Assembly (NCBI GenBank): GCA_965267575.1
Contig: OZ254086.1
Span: 2,176,001 to 2,240,000, forward strand
Reading direction: 5' to 3'
Length of the DNA stretch: 64,000 nucleotides
Origin: Calditrichales bacterium
GTDB lineage: Bacteria > Calditrichota > Calditrichia > Calditrichales > J004
A program made the translations under genes and the position numbers. Shown one piece after another: positions 38,051-48,424 of the stretch. Position 1 is the stretch's first letter; each line of letters opens with the position of its first letter. The notes beneath the pieces were generated by a model. It did no database searches, was not told the DNA's origin, and worked only from the letters and a program-made list of their open reading frames with translations.

Positions 38051-39433
38051 ATGCCTTTAACGGCACGGCAACGGACATTTCATTTTGTTGGCATCGGCGG
38101 GGCAGGTATGAGCGCCCTGGCCGAGATCATGCTGGAACTGGGCCACCGTGTGCAGGGCTCGGACAGGGAAGCCTCCGCTGTTACGGCCTATTTGCAAAAG
38201 CAGGGGGCCAAAGTTGTCATCGGGCATAATGCCGCCAATGTGGACGGTGCTGATGTGCTGATATACAGTTCGGCTGTTAAACTCTCCAATCCGGAGCGTG
38301 CCGAAGCGCAAAAACGCGGTATCGCTCAGATGCGGCGCGCGGAATTGCTGGGCCTGCTGATGCAGAAAAAGCGTGGTATCGCGGTGGCCGGCACGCACGG
38401 CAAAACGACCACAACCGCGATGATCGCCCGCTTGCTGCTGGAGGCCGGACTGGACCCGACGGTGCTGGTTGGCGGAACCATGCGTGATCTGGGCAGCAAT
38501 GCCCATCTGGGCAAAGGCGAGTTTCTGGTAGCTGAAGCTGATGAATACGACCGTTCTTTTCTGACGCTTTTCCCGGAGATTACGGTGATCACCTCGCTGG
38601 AGGCCGACCACCTGGATATTTACAAGGATATGGATGATCTGCGCGAGACCTACGGGAAATTTGCGGCGCAAACGGCTTTTGACGGATTGATCATTCGCTG
38701 CGCCGATGACCGTGAAGTAAAAAAAATGCAGATCGACAGTCCTGCGCAGAGCGTGTTTTACGCCATTGATGATCAGGCGCGTATTGAGGCCCGCAACGCC
38801 TTCTTCGAAGGCGCGGCATGCGGCTACGACCTTTTTGTGGATGGAAACAAAGTGGCTGCCGTGAAACTGCAGGTGCCAGGAAAGCACAATATTTTGAATA
38901 GTCTGGCTGCCGCCGCCGTAGGCCTGCAGCTGGATCTGGACGGCGCAACGATCGCCCGCGGATTGCACTCTTTCAAAGGTGTGCAGCGTCGTTTTGAAAT
39001 AAAGGGCAAGTTGGGTGGGGCCGTTCTGGCTGATGATTACGCCCATCACCCGACGGAAGTGTGGCGCACGCTGGAGGCGGCGCGGCTGGCGGGTTATAAA
39101 AAAGTAGGCGTGGCTTTTCAGCCGCACCTGTTTAGCCGCACGCGGGATTTTTACAAGGAGTTTGCTTCGGCGCTTTCGCTGGCTGATGCGGTTGTGCTGG
39201 CACCCATCTATCCGGCGCGGGAAGAACCGATCGCCGGTGTCAGCTCAGCGCTGATCGCGGCGGAGATGAAGCGAGCGAAGTCGGCTGCGCGCGTGGTGCT
39301 GCTTGAACAGAACGCCGCTATTACGGCGGAGATTATGGAACTGGGCCGCGATATGGAGCTTGTTTTAACTATGGGTGCCGGGGATATCTGGCGCTACGGT
39401 GAAATGGCCCTGGAAACGATCGCGGAAAAATAA
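38051..39433 (+). CDS. murC: UDP-MurNAc:L-Ala ligase
   Basis: 'GIGGAGMS', 'GTHGKTTTT', 'EADEYD', 'DDYAHHPTE', 'FQPH..SRT'. Confidence 0.96.
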   Translation: MPLTARQRTFHFVGIGGAGMSALAEIMLELGHRVQGSDREASAVTAYLQKQGAKVVIGHNAANVDGADVLIYSSAVKLSNPERAEAQKRGIAQMRRAELLGLLMQKKRGIAVAGTHGKTTTTAMIARLLLEAGLDPTVLVGGTMRDLGSNAHLGKGEFLVAEADEYDRSFLTLFPEITVITSLEADHLDIYKDMDDLRETYGKFAAQTAFDGLIIRCADDREVKKMQIDSPAQSVFYAIDDQARIEARNAFFEGAACGYDLFVDGNKVAAVKLQVPGKHNILNSLAAAAVGLQLDLDGATIARGLHSFKGVQRRFEIKGKLGGAVLADDYAHHPTEVWRTLEAARLAGYKKVGVAFQPHLFSRTRDFYKEFASALSLADAVVLAPIYPAREEPIAGVSSALIAAEMKRAKSAARVVLLEQNAAITAEIMELGRDMELVLTMGAGDIWRYGEMALETIAEK

Positions 39434-39434
39434 A

Positions 39435-40229
39435 ATGACAAAGACTAAAACACGCAAGGCGCGCAAAAAAGAGAAGAAGGGACGCGGGGTATTTTTTTAC
39501 CTGTTCCTGATCATCCTGTTTTCGCTGCTGGCCTGGAGCTACCGCGCTTTGGAAGACTACCTGCATGAGCGGCTGGCGCGGTTTGAGCTGGAGGATATCC
39601 AGTTTCGCGGTAATCATGTGCTTGGCGACGAGGAATTGTTAAAGCGCCTGGGCTTTGTGGATGAAGAAACGCGGTTGCTGGAGATAAAGCCGAAGCAGGT
39701 GGAGGAGCGTCTTAAGGATCTGCCGTATGTGCGCACGGTTCACGCGGTTCACAGCCTGCCGTCCACATTGCGTATTGTGCTGCATGAGCGCGAGCCGTTG
39801 GCTTTTTTGCTGGGCCGCGGTTTGAATCTGGTGGATGATGAAGGATTTATCCTGCCGGTGCCGCAGAAGAGTCTCCATTGGGATTTGCCGGTTATTTGCG
39901 GCATTAATGAAAACCTGGGCGTTCAGGGCGCTTACACAGTATCGCAGGAAGTGCAGAAGGCGGTAAAGATTGCCGCGTACGTGCGTTTAATGCCGCTGCC
40001 GCTGCCGGAGCTGGTTTCTGAGATTGACATGTCAGAACGGGGTTTTGTGCAACTGCTGCTCAAGAATGGTAAAACGCGTATCCGTGTGGAGCGTAAGGCC
40101 TACCAGGAGCAGCTGTTTAAGGCGGCCCTGTACCTGCAGGAGTATATGGATTATAAAACGATCGATAAAATAAAATATGTGGATGTTCGCTTCGCCGGCC
40201 AGGTGGTAATCGGCGAGTATCGCGGTTAG
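39435..40229 (+). CDS. ftsQ: Cell division protein FtsQ/DivIB
   Basis: Basic N-terminus, TM helix, POTRA-like region, C-terminal 'YVDVRF..QVV'; lies before ftsA. Confidence 0.85.
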   Translation: MTKTKTRKARKKEKKGRGVFFYLFLIILFSLLAWSYRALEDYLHERLARFELEDIQFRGNHVLGDEELLKRLGFVDEETRLLEIKPKQVEERLKDLPYVRTVHAVHSLPSTLRIVLHEREPLAFLLGRGLNLVDDEGFILPVPQKSLHWDLPVICGINENLGVQGAYTVSQEVQKAVKIAAYVRLMPLPLPELVSEIDMSERGFVQLLLKNGKTRIRVERKAYQEQLFKAALYLQEYMDYKTIDKIKYVDVRFAGQVVIGEYRG

Positions 40230-40249
40230 AAATTTTAAGGATCTGTGTA

Positions 40250-41479
40250 ATGAAAAACGAAGAGATATTTGTCGGACTGGATATTGGAACAACTAAAATA
40301 GCAGCCGTTGTGGGCCGGTTGGACGAATACAATCAGCTTAACATTATCGGTGTAGGGCAGGCGCCTTCCAACGGTTTGCGCCGCGGCGTGGTTATAAACA
40401 TTCGCAAAACAGTAGACTCGATCGAAAAGGCGATACGTGATGCCGAACTGATGTGCGGGCATAAGATTACCAAGGTTTACGCCGGTATCGCGGGTGATCA
40501 TATCCGTTCCATTAACAGCAGGGGCGTGATCGCCGTGGGCAATAAGGACAAGATCATTACCGAAGATGATGTGGAACGGGTGATTGACGCGGCCCGCGCG
40601 ATCGCACTGCCGATGGACCGCGAGATCCTGCATGTGCTGCCGCAGGAGTATATCGTGGATGAGCAGGACGGTATTAAGAGTCCTGTGGGCATGGCTGGGA
40701 CACGTTTAGAGGCGGAAGTGCACATTGTTACGGCCGCCGCTGCTTCGGCACAGAACATTGTTAACTGCATCCACGAAGCGGGATATGACGTGGCCGATAT
40801 CGTTCTTGAGCCTTATGCCTCCAGCCTGGCCGTGCTTGATGACGATGAACGCGAACTGGGCGTGACACTGATCGATATTGGCGGCGGGACGACGGACGTG
40901 GCCATGTTTTTCGACGGCAGCATTCGTTATACCTTTGTGCTGGGTGTCGGGGGACAGCATTTAACGTCGGATATTTCTCAGGGCCTGCGCACGCCGATGG
41001 AGCAGGCAGAAGAGATTAAGAAAAGGCATGGGATTGCCCTGCAAACGCTGATTAAGGACGATGAATTGATCCGTGTGCCCGGTGTTGGCGGACGCAAGCC
41101 GCGTGAGATTTCGCGCGTTCTGCTTTCCGGTATCATCCAGCCGCGGATGGAAGAGATGCTGCAGATGGCCTACAAGGAAATGGAAAAATCACGCCTGATG
41201 GAGGTGATGGGCGCCGGGGTGGTGATAACCGGCGGTGCCGCCATGCTGGAAGGTCTGGCGGAACTGGCGGAAAAAGTAATGGGGCTGCCCGTAAAGATCG
41301 GTACCCCGATTGTAAGCGGCGGCCTGGAGGATAGTGTCGATAACCCCATGTTTGCCACGGGGGTCGGACTGATCCACTACGCGCTGCGCCACCAGGATGA
41401 AGACCACGATCCTAAGGAAATGGGCTTCAACTGGATATTATATCGCTTGCGCAGCTTCTTTGATAATCTTTTTAAGTAA
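40250..41479 (+). CDS. ftsA: Cell division protein FtsA
   Basis: 'GLDIGTTKI', 'DIGGGTTD', 'ITGG', C-terminal amphipathic helix. Confidence 0.97.
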   Translation: MKNEEIFVGLDIGTTKIAAVVGRLDEYNQLNIIGVGQAPSNGLRRGVVINIRKTVDSIEKAIRDAELMCGHKITKVYAGIAGDHIRSINSRGVIAVGNKDKIITEDDVERVIDAARAIALPMDREILHVLPQEYIVDEQDGIKSPVGMAGTRLEAEVHIVTAAAASAQNIVNCIHEAGYDVADIVLEPYASSLAVLDDDERELGVTLIDIGGGTTDVAMFFDGSIRYTFVLGVGGQHLTSDISQGLRTPMEQAEEIKKRHGIALQTLIKDDELIRVPGVGGRKPREISRVLLSGIIQPRMEEMLQMAYKEMEKSRLMEVMGAGVVITGGAAMLEGLAELAEKVMGLPVKIGTPIVSGGLEDSVDNPMFATGVGLIHYALRHQDEDHDPKEMGFNWILYRLRSFFDNLFK

Positions 41480-41512
41480 TTGAAAGTTGTTTGTAAAACG
41501 GGAGAGACTTTT

Positions 41513-42712
41513 ATGATTCAATTTGATGAACTGGCAGAACAGAGTGCCAAGATAAAGGTCGTTGGTGTCGGTGGTGCCGGCGGCAACGCCATCAACGGCA
41601 TGATCGAGGCCGGACTTTCCGGCGTCGAGTTTATTATTGTGAATACGGACGCGCAGGACCTGGAGAAAAACCGCGCCCAGCATAAGGTGCAGATCGGGAA
41701 GAACCTGACCAAAGGCCTTGGCGCAGGCGCAAATCCGGATTTTGGATTGCGCGCTGTGGAAGAAGATAAGGAGATCATTGTCAATGCGCTTAGCGGTGCG
41801 GACATGGTTTTCGTGACCTGCGGCATGGGCGGTGGTACCGGTACGGGCGCCGCGCCAATCATCGCCGAGGTGGCCAAAGACCTGGGAGCGCTTACCGTCG
41901 GTATTGTGACCATTCCCTTCATGTTTGAAGGGCCGGTGCGGTTGCGCAATGCCGAAAGAGGTATCGATGCCATGCGTGAACGCGTTGATACCATGCTGGT
42001 CATTCCCAATGACCGCATCTTCTCAATTATTGAAAAGAATACGCCGGTGATTGAGGCCTTCAAAACGGTAGATTCTATTCTGCTGGAAGCGACGCGCAGT
42101 ATTTCCGACCTGATCAATGTGCATGGTTACATCAATCTTGACTTTGCCGACATTCGCACTATTATGGCCGGCATGGGCGATGCACTTATGGGCAGCGGAA
42201 CGGCCGCGGGCGAAAACCGCGCCATTGCCGCCGCCGAACAGGCCACGACCAGTCCGTTGCTGGACGGCGCCGATATTGCCGGGGCACGCGGTGTGCTTAT
42301 CAATATTTCAGGCGGACCTTCGCTTACCATGTTTGAAGTGGGCGAAGCCGCAACACACATACAGCAGGCTTCCGGAGACGGCGCCAATGTGATCTGGGGA
42401 ATGGTTATTGATGAGAGCATGAGTGAAGAAATCCGTGTGACGGTAATTGCCACGGGCTTTAACAAAGATGTACAGGCTGCCGAACAGCTGCGTAAACCAA
42501 AAGAGGAAAAGCCGGAGAAGCCGCAGAATGAGTTTACGCCAACGGACTTCGAAGAACTGGACAAGCCGACATTTATTCGCCAGAATAAGCCGGTGCAGCC
42601 CTCCAAGAAGCGCCAGCACCTGCAGATCTTTGAGCTGAATGACCATGACGATATACCTGACGGACCGGATAATCTGGATATTCCCACATTTCTGAGGAAA
42701 CAGATCGATTAA
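41513..42712 (+). CDS. ftsZ: Cell division protein FtsZ
   Basis: 'GVGGAGGNA', 'GMGGGTGTG', 'NLDFAD', C-terminal 'LDIPTFLR'; GGAG precedes ATG 41513. Confidence 0.98.
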   Translation: MIQFDELAEQSAKIKVVGVGGAGGNAINGMIEAGLSGVEFIIVNTDAQDLEKNRAQHKVQIGKNLTKGLGAGANPDFGLRAVEEDKEIIVNALSGADMVFVTCGMGGGTGTGAAPIIAEVAKDLGALTVGIVTIPFMFEGPVRLRNAERGIDAMRERVDTMLVIPNDRIFSIIEKNTPVIEAFKTVDSILLEATRSISDLINVHGYINLDFADIRTIMAGMGDALMGSGTAAGENRAIAAAEQATTSPLLDGADIAGARGVLINISGGPSLTMFEVGEAATHIQQASGDGANVIWGMVIDESMSEEIRVTVIATGFNKDVQAAEQLRKPKEEKPEKPQNEFTPTDFEELDKPTFIRQNKPVQPSKKRQHLQIFELNDHDDIPDGPDNLDIPTFLRKQID

Positions 42713-42728
42713 AATCCGGCCACTCCAG

Positions 42729-42762
42729 GGGAAGAGTCTGCTCTCCCGGGCTCTTCCCTTTT
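42729..42762 (+). terminator. Intrinsic terminator of the dcw operon
   Basis: GGGAAGAG-tctg-ctctcc-cggg-CTCTTCCC followed by TTTT. Confidence 0.7.
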
Positions 42763-42912
42763 AACCTTTGAATACCTGTATTTCCTTTGCCCCGGCCATG
42801 TGCGAAAGGCCACAAAGTACATCCTTTTTTTCACGCCTTCGCACTTTTTGCTTAATCCGTAAATAATCTCTCCGAATACTAGGTTCAGGGTTAAGCTTGG
42901 CAAGGAGGTAAT

Positions 42913-43140
42913 ATGTTTTCCACTACACGACTATATTCTATCGAGGAAGCCGCTACTAATCTGGAGATCAGTGAAGATTTAATTCGCAAGTTTATTCAGA
43001 AGGGATTCGTAGTTCCTGTGGAACAGGGCAGGGTAAAAAAACTGACAGCCTACGGGTTGCGCAGGCTGTCTGAAATTGTTTCTCTGTATGAACAGTCCTA
43101 TTCGATGGACAGAATAGAACAAACGATCAATCACATTTGA
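42913..43140 (+). CDS. Small stand-alone MerR/Xis-like winged helix-turn-helix protein
   Basis: Strong AGGAGG RBS; 'YSIEEAA..LEIS...IR.F.QKG.V.P'; 75 aa with no effector domain. Confidence 0.7.
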   Translation: MFSTTRLYSIEEAATNLEISEDLIRKFIQKGFVVPVEQGRVKKLTAYGLRRLSEIVSLYEQSYSMDRIEQTINHI

Positions 43141-43943
43141 CTTAGCAGTCTCTCGGCCTGGGAGACATACTCGCTATCTGGGTAACCCTGGATCAGGCGA
43201 TCCAGCTCTTCACGCGCTTTCTGACGATCACCTTTACGAATGTAACACAGCCCTAGCTTGAATTGCGCGTCATCGTCTTTATTTGATTTTCCGAATGTAA
43301 ACACCTTTTCAAAATCGAGGATAGCCGCATCATATTGGCGCAGTTGGTAATGGCATTCTCCGATCCAGTATTGGGCGTTGTCTGCCAGGGAGTGGCTGGT
43401 GCTGGCTGCCAGCAGCGATTCAAAAAGCTCAATGGCTACCTGGTAATTGCGGTTTTCAAATTCGGCGCGGGCATCATTGTAGCGGGTTTCGTATTCAGCC
43501 ATGCTTATCTGCCCGACGTAACCGCCGGATGAGGCCGCGGGGCTCGACTTTTGCTGCTGCAACTCGGCATTCAGATTGTTGATGACTTTATCTTTCTGGC
43601 GTAACTCGCTTTCAAGATTGTCGATACGCTCCTGCAGTTTCTCTTCTTCGGTAGGCGCCATCATCGGCTGGGAGGTATCCAGCGTTTCCTTTTCGTCAAG
43701 CAGGCTCAGCTTCTCGCTGTCTTCCGGCTTGGATTGCTTTTGCCCGGGCTTTTTTTGCGTGGAGCTCTCCTCCTCGGTGGGCGTTATGCCAAGCAGGGCT
43801 TCAATATCATCAAGCTCTTTCTGCTGCTTTTCTTCTTCGGTGAAGAAATCTTCATCGCCTTCTTCCCTGCTGCCGGCACATGCGCTAAACCAAACCAGAC
43901 CCGTTACCAACATTAGTAGCGCCAAAAACGTTTTGAATCGCAT
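43131..43943 (-). CDS. cpoB: Tol-Pal-associated TPR lipoprotein (CpoB/YbgF-like)
   Basis: Lipobox 'FSAC', coiled coil, TPR 'LADNAQYWIGE', 'AQFKLG', 'YPDS'. Confidence 0.75.
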   Translation of the reverse strand: MRFKTFLALLMLVTGLVWFSACAGSREEGDEDFFTEEEKQQKELDDIEALLGITPTEEESSTQKKPGQKQSKPEDSEKLSLLDEKETLDTSQPMMAPTEEEKLQERIDNLESELRQKDKVINNLNAELQQQKSSPAASSGGYVGQISMAEYETRYNDARAEFENRNYQVAIELFESLLAASTSHSLADNAQYWIGECHYQLRQYDAAILDFEKVFTFGKSNKDDDAQFKLGLCYIRKGDRQKAREELDRLIQGYPDSEYVSQAERLLSQM

Positions 43944-44032
43944 CGCTGCCTCCACTCTTACAATCTTATAATTTTAAAAATTTATTACCCAAGCCTCCCT
44001 AAAGCAACCCTATTTCCAATAATTCTAAGGGT

Positions 44033-45247
44033 TTAGACCAAAAAACGGTGGTAAGCGAAATTTTGAATTACGCCTATCATCAATAAGGTAGAAAGCAAAA
44101 ATGAGCCACCATAGCTAAAAAAGGGCAAAGGCAGCCCCGTAACAGGTGCAACTCCCACCGTCATACCGATGTTAACAAAGATATGAAAAAAGAGGACGGC
44201 TGTTACGCCTATGATGGTCATGCTGGCAAAGGCGCTTTTGACCTGCGTTCCCAGATGAACCAGGTACAGCAGGAATGCCAGCAGCACGCCCAGGACAAAA
44301 ATAACACCGGTGAACCCCCATTCTTCGCCAATTACGGAGAAAATAAAATCCGTGTGCTGGGCCGGCAAAAACTTAAGGTGCGTCTGTGTACCGTTTTTGA
44401 AACCCTTACCCCAAACACCCCCGGAGCCGATGGCCACCTGGCTTTGGATGATCTGGTAGCCCGCACCACGCGGGTCCTGCTCGGGGTTGATAAAGGTAAT
44501 GATCCTGCTTTTCTGGTAGGGCTGAAGCTGGTCCCAAAGCTGCGGCGTTAACAGGCCGACGCCAAAATGCAGCGCCAGTACAAGAACAATCAGTGTCCAG
44601 CGCCTGCGGGTGATGTATAAAAATGCCCCGATCAGAAGAAGCCACGCGGCGAGCGCTATCCAGTTGAAGGAGGTAAAAACGGTGATTAGCGGGCTAAGAA
44701 TAAGGAACAGGGCAAACCAGTTAAGCCCGGCCCAGAACATCAACGGAATGGCCATGGCCACATAAACGAGCGACGTGCCCAGATCCGGCTGGCGGATGAT
44801 CAGCAGAAACGGTAAAGCGATAAACGCCGTAACTACCATGAAATGCTTCCAGTGATTGACCGTGACTTCGCGGTTGCAGGTATAACGGGCCACGGCCATA
44901 ATCGTAGCCAGCTTGGCGATTTCCGAAGGCTGGACCTTTATTCCGGCAATGGAAAGCCAGCGTTCTGCGCCAAAACCGCGTACACCGAAGAACTCCACAA
45001 GCACAAGAAGCAAAATTGAAAAGCCGTAAAAGGGATAAGCCATCCTTTCCAGGAAACGAAAAGGCACGAATGTCACGCCAATCATAAGTATCAAACCGGT
45101 AATGGCGAAAATGAGCTGGCGGTCAAAATAGTCGCTTCCGCTGCTGCTGTAGGTGGCGCTGTAAACAGCCGTGAGGCCGATGGTCAAAAGCACGGTAACA
45201 AAAAAGGTCAGTTCAAAGTCTATTCGGCTTAAAATTGCTTTGCTCAT
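44033..45247 (-). CDS. rodA: Rod shape-determining protein RodA
   Basis: SEDS motifs 'QPSE', 'QPDLGT', 'GAGYQIIQS..AIGSGG', 'HTDFIF'; follows mrdA. Confidence 0.95.
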   Translation of the reverse strand: MSKAILSRIDFELTFFVTVLLTIGLTAVYSATYSSSGSDYFDRQLIFAITGLILMIGVTFVPFRFLERMAYPFYGFSILLLVLVEFFGVRGFGAERWLSIAGIKVQPSEIAKLATIMAVARYTCNREVTVNHWKHFMVVTAFIALPFLLIIRQPDLGTSLVYVAMAIPLMFWAGLNWFALFLILSPLITVFTSFNWIALAAWLLLIGAFLYITRRRWTLIVLVLALHFGVGLLTPQLWDQLQPYQKSRIITFINPEQDPRGAGYQIIQSQVAIGSGGVWGKGFKNGTQTHLKFLPAQHTDFIFSVIGEEWGFTGVIFVLGVLLAFLLYLVHLGTQVKSAFASMTIIGVTAVLFFHIFVNIGMTVGVAPVTGLPLPFFSYGGSFLLSTLLMIGVIQNFAYHRFLV

Positions 45248-47118
45248 CAGTTGTCGCGCTCCACGGGTATATTTATTGGGCGCACGCTTTCCAGGTTTAG
45301 AGGGGCTATGATGCTGTCTATGGGCATCTCGGCCAGCGTTTCCTTTTTGCGCGCAACGGGCCGCGGTTCAATACGGTCACCAAAATATTTCTCCATAAAT
45401 TTACGGGCAATAGGTGCGGCCACGGCACCCCCGCCACCACCGTTTTCGATAATAATGGCCACTGCGATTTCGGGCAGATCGTAGGGTGCAAACGTCATAA
45501 ACCAGGCGTGGCTGTCTCCATGCGGATTTTGGGCCGTGCCCGTTTTGCCGGCCATATCCAGACCCCACACTTTTCCGGCCCAGCCGGTGCCGCCTTCCAT
45601 TACACGACGCATTCCATCACGGACAATCTCATAGGTTTTTTCAGAAACACCTTGCACGTTTTTGGGCGGCCCGCTTACATATTTTTTTTCGCCAGAGTCA
45701 TAATCATAAACATAGTCGACGATGTGCGGCTCATAAAAAACGCCCTTATTGGCAAGCATCATTGTGAATTGAGCGAGCTGTAATGGCGTAACCAGCAGCT
45801 CACCCTGACCGATAGCCAGGTTGGCGAGGTTACCGCGTGTCCAGCCGTTGACGCCATAGCGTTTGTCAAAAAAGCTGCGCGTGGGCACAAGGCCGCGGCT
45901 CTCGTTAGGTAAATCGATACCGGTATAATCGCCAAAGCCAAACTTTTTACTGTATTGCGCCCAGGTGTCCAGCCCGATTTCCAACCCCAGCTGATAGAAA
46001 TAGACGTTACAGGATCCTTTGATAGCCGCCAGCATATCCACCGTGCCGTGGCCTTCGGCTTTCCAGCAATTCACAACTTTGCGGCCGATGCGAAAGTAGC
46101 CGGGGCACGTAACCGACCAGGAAGGCGTTACGATTTTTTCCTCCAGCGCGGCGATGGCTGCAACAATTTTATAAGTTGAACCGGGCGGATAAACACTTTG
46201 TATGGAACGGCTGTAAAGAGGGTGCCTTTCATCGTTCATCAGTTTCTGCCAGGTTTCTTCATCAATCTTGCCGGTGAGCAGCCGCGGATCGTAGTCCGGT
46301 TTGCTGACAAGGGCGATAACGCCGCCGTTGCGCGCATCCAGCGCCACCAGGGCGCCACGGTGATCAACCATCAGCGATTCGGCAAATTGCTGAAGGTTGT
46401 AATCCATAAACAGGTTTATGTCCTTGCCGTGAATGGAGGATATATCGCGTTTCTCGTCAAAAGCGCCCAGGTCTCTGCCAGCGGCGTCAACGCGCACATA
46501 GCGCGCCCCTTTAAAACCACGTAACTGCAGATCGTAATAACGTTCCAGGGCGTATTTCCCGACCATGTCACCGGATTCGTATCGCTCCTGCTTTTGCTGC
46601 TCCTCCAGCGATACTTCGCCCAGCGCGCCAAAAACATGCGGGGAGTTAACCCCCTCATGATAGTAGCGTTTCGATTCGGGAATGGTATACACGCCCGGAA
46701 ATTCCAGGCGGTGTTCTTCCAGATAAATGACCGTATCATAATCAATATCGCGTTCAACAATAACAGGACGAAAACCGAATTGCTTGCGCATTTCCGCGCG
46801 CACTTCCTGCTCATCCACATTCAGGATATCCACCAATTGAAATAAGGTGCTGTCTGTTATCACCTTGGGTACAACGGCCACTGAAAAAGAAGCCCTGTTA
46901 TCCACGAGGATGCGACCCTGGTTATCCTTAATGAGGCCGCGCACCGGCAGCACGGTAATTTTGCGCACACTGTTATCAAGCGATCGCTGCGTATAAAATT
47001 CATGGCGCAACAGCTGCAGCCGTGTAAAACCATACAGCAGGATTGCAAAAAAAAGCAGCAAAACGCCAATAAAGACCGTTTTGCGTTGTTGAAGCTGGTA
47101 CTTGTCCAGTTCTTTCAT
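45247..47118 (-). CDS. mrdA: Penicillin-binding protein 2
   Basis: 'YPPGSTYK', 'SCNVYFY', 'GKTGTAQ'; within the mre operon. Confidence 0.94.
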   Translation of the reverse strand: MKELDKYQLQQRKTVFIGVLLLFFAILLYGFTRLQLLRHEFYTQRSLDNSVRKITVLPVRGLIKDNQGRILVDNRASFSVAVVPKVITDSTLFQLVDILNVDEQEVRAEMRKQFGFRPVIVERDIDYDTVIYLEEHRLEFPGVYTIPESKRYYHEGVNSPHVFGALGEVSLEEQQKQERYESGDMVGKYALERYYDLQLRGFKGARYVRVDAAGRDLGAFDEKRDISSIHGKDINLFMDYNLQQFAESLMVDHRGALVALDARNGGVIALVSKPDYDPRLLTGKIDEETWQKLMNDERHPLYSRSIQSVYPPGSTYKIVAAIAALEEKIVTPSWSVTCPGYFRIGRKVVNCWKAEGHGTVDMLAAIKGSCNVYFYQLGLEIGLDTWAQYSKKFGFGDYTGIDLPNESRGLVPTRSFFDKRYGVNGWTRGNLANLAIGQGELLVTPLQLAQFTMMLANKGVFYEPHIVDYVYDYDSGEKKYVSGPPKNVQGVSEKTYEIVRDGMRRVMEGGTGWAGKVWGLDMAGKTGTAQNPHGDSHAWFMTFAPYDLPEIAVAIIIENGGGGGAVAAPIARKFMEKYFGDRIEPRPVARKKETLAEMPIDSIIAPLNLESVRPINIPVERDN

Positions 47119-47606
47119 GGCTGTTCAGAAAATATTTTCTGCGTAAATAATTGTGTTACAAAAAGCATAATAAATGTATAGACCGTATTCGGAAAAACCC
47201 TGCTGTAGATGAGGTATGTAAATGTCAGTTCCAGCTTGAATTGCAGGATAAAGTAAAAGATCAGCTCGTGCAGAAAAACAAAAAGCAGAAACCACAGGTA
47301 ATGGGCCGTTCCTTCCAGTCTTAGCGGGTTGATTTTGCCGGCACCGTATCCGGCCAGGGCTTTGGGCAGGGCGGTAATTCCCAGCGCCTGGGCCGAAAGG
47401 GCGTCCTGAAGCAGGCCCAAGACAAAACCGGCGCTGCTGCCGCTCATGCTGCCAAAGCGTTTTCCTATAAGCAATACAACCACCAGAACCATATCAGGTT
47501 TCCAAACATCGATTTCGATGAAGGGAACCAGAACGCTCTGGAATACGATCGCCCCGATACCAAAAACCACAACAATCAGCAACAGATAGCGCAGATCACT
47601 GCTCAT
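47115..47606 (-). CDS. mreD: Rod shape-determining protein MreD
   Basis: Hydrophobic, 'PD..L', 'GFVLGLLQD'; lies between mreC and mrdA. Confidence 0.85.
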   Translation of the reverse strand: MSSDLRYLLLIVVVFGIGAIVFQSVLVPFIEIDVWKPDMVLVVVLLIGKRFGSMSGSSAGFVLGLLQDALSAQALGITALPKALAGYGAGKINPLRLEGTAHYLWFLLFVFLHELIFYFILQFKLELTFTYLIYSRVFPNTVYTFIMLFVTQLFTQKIFSEQP

Positions 47607-48396
47607 TGGCCACCTTCTCACTGAAAATGAAGACCTCTTCCAGGCGATTGAAATTTACGGACGGGCGGATTTTTACCGTCTGAAACAGTGCTTCCTCTGA
47701 TTTACGGACTTCGCTGACGACCCCGATTTTTATATTTTGCGGGTAGATCTGGCTGTAACCGGATGTTAAAACTACGTCGCCTTCCAGCACATCTACGGTG
47801 TTGGGCAGATGATCCATGTAGAGGATACGGCTGCCGTCGCCGCGCACAAGGCCCAACTCACTGTTGCGCAGAATCTGGCCGCTGACACGGTTGTTGGGAT
47901 CGAGCAAAATCTGGCAAATGGCATAATCACCGCTTATTTCCACGACTTTTCCAACCAGTCCTTCGGCGGTCATAACTGCCGAAAATTTTTTAACTTTGCT
48001 CATCTCTTCGGTGGAAAGCATAACACCGGAAAGCAGGTTTTGGGGACTGTATCCAACCACTTTTGCCGGGATAAGCTCGTATTCTACGTCATACTTGAAT
48101 TGCAGCATTTTGCGCAGCCGGATGTTTTCCAGCAATGCGTCCTGCAACTGGTAAATCTCGTAGGCCATACGCGTGTTTTCGCGCCGCAATTCACTGTTCT
48201 TTTCGCGCAAATTGAAGTATGCGGCCATGTCATCAAACACTTCCTGTGCCGTGCCGAACGTATTCATGCTCATGGCGCGTATGCCTCCAACTATGGCGCT
48301 GTCGCTCGAGATGATCAGCAAGGACGAGACGGCCATATAAACATACAGCAGAAGCGATTGACGAAAATGGGAAATAAATTGTAAAACCTGGGTCAC
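47596..48396 (-). CDS. mreC: Rod shape-determining protein MreC
   Basis: 'EN.RLR.ML', 'GLVGKV', 'GD.V.TSG...YP..I.IG'. Confidence 0.92.
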   Translation of the reverse strand: MTQVLQFISHFRQSLLLYVYMAVSSLLIISSDSAIVGGIRAMSMNTFGTAQEVFDDMAAYFNLREKNSELRRENTRMAYEIYQLQDALLENIRLRKMLQFKYDVEYELIPAKVVGYSPQNLLSGVMLSTEEMSKVKKFSAVMTAEGLVGKVVEISGDYAICQILLDPNNRVSGQILRNSELGLVRGDGSRILYMDHLPNTVDVLEGDVVLTSGYSQIYPQNIKIGVVSEVRKSEEALFQTVKIRPSVNFNRLEEVFIFSEKVANEQ

Positions 48397-48424
48397 TGCT
48401 CTCCGCGGGTATGGGGTGTACTAA

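Noticed and set aside
38057-39127. 356-aa ORF antisense to murC, and similar shadows over rsmH, ftsI, ftsZ, mreB and the kinase
   Set aside because: These lie opposite essential or clearly genuine genes and look like non-coding translations.
42763-42900. Possible structured ncRNA between ftsZ and the small HTH gene
   Set aside because: Only short, weak pairings (for example TGTG/CACA) and a T-run are present. I recognised no RNA family.
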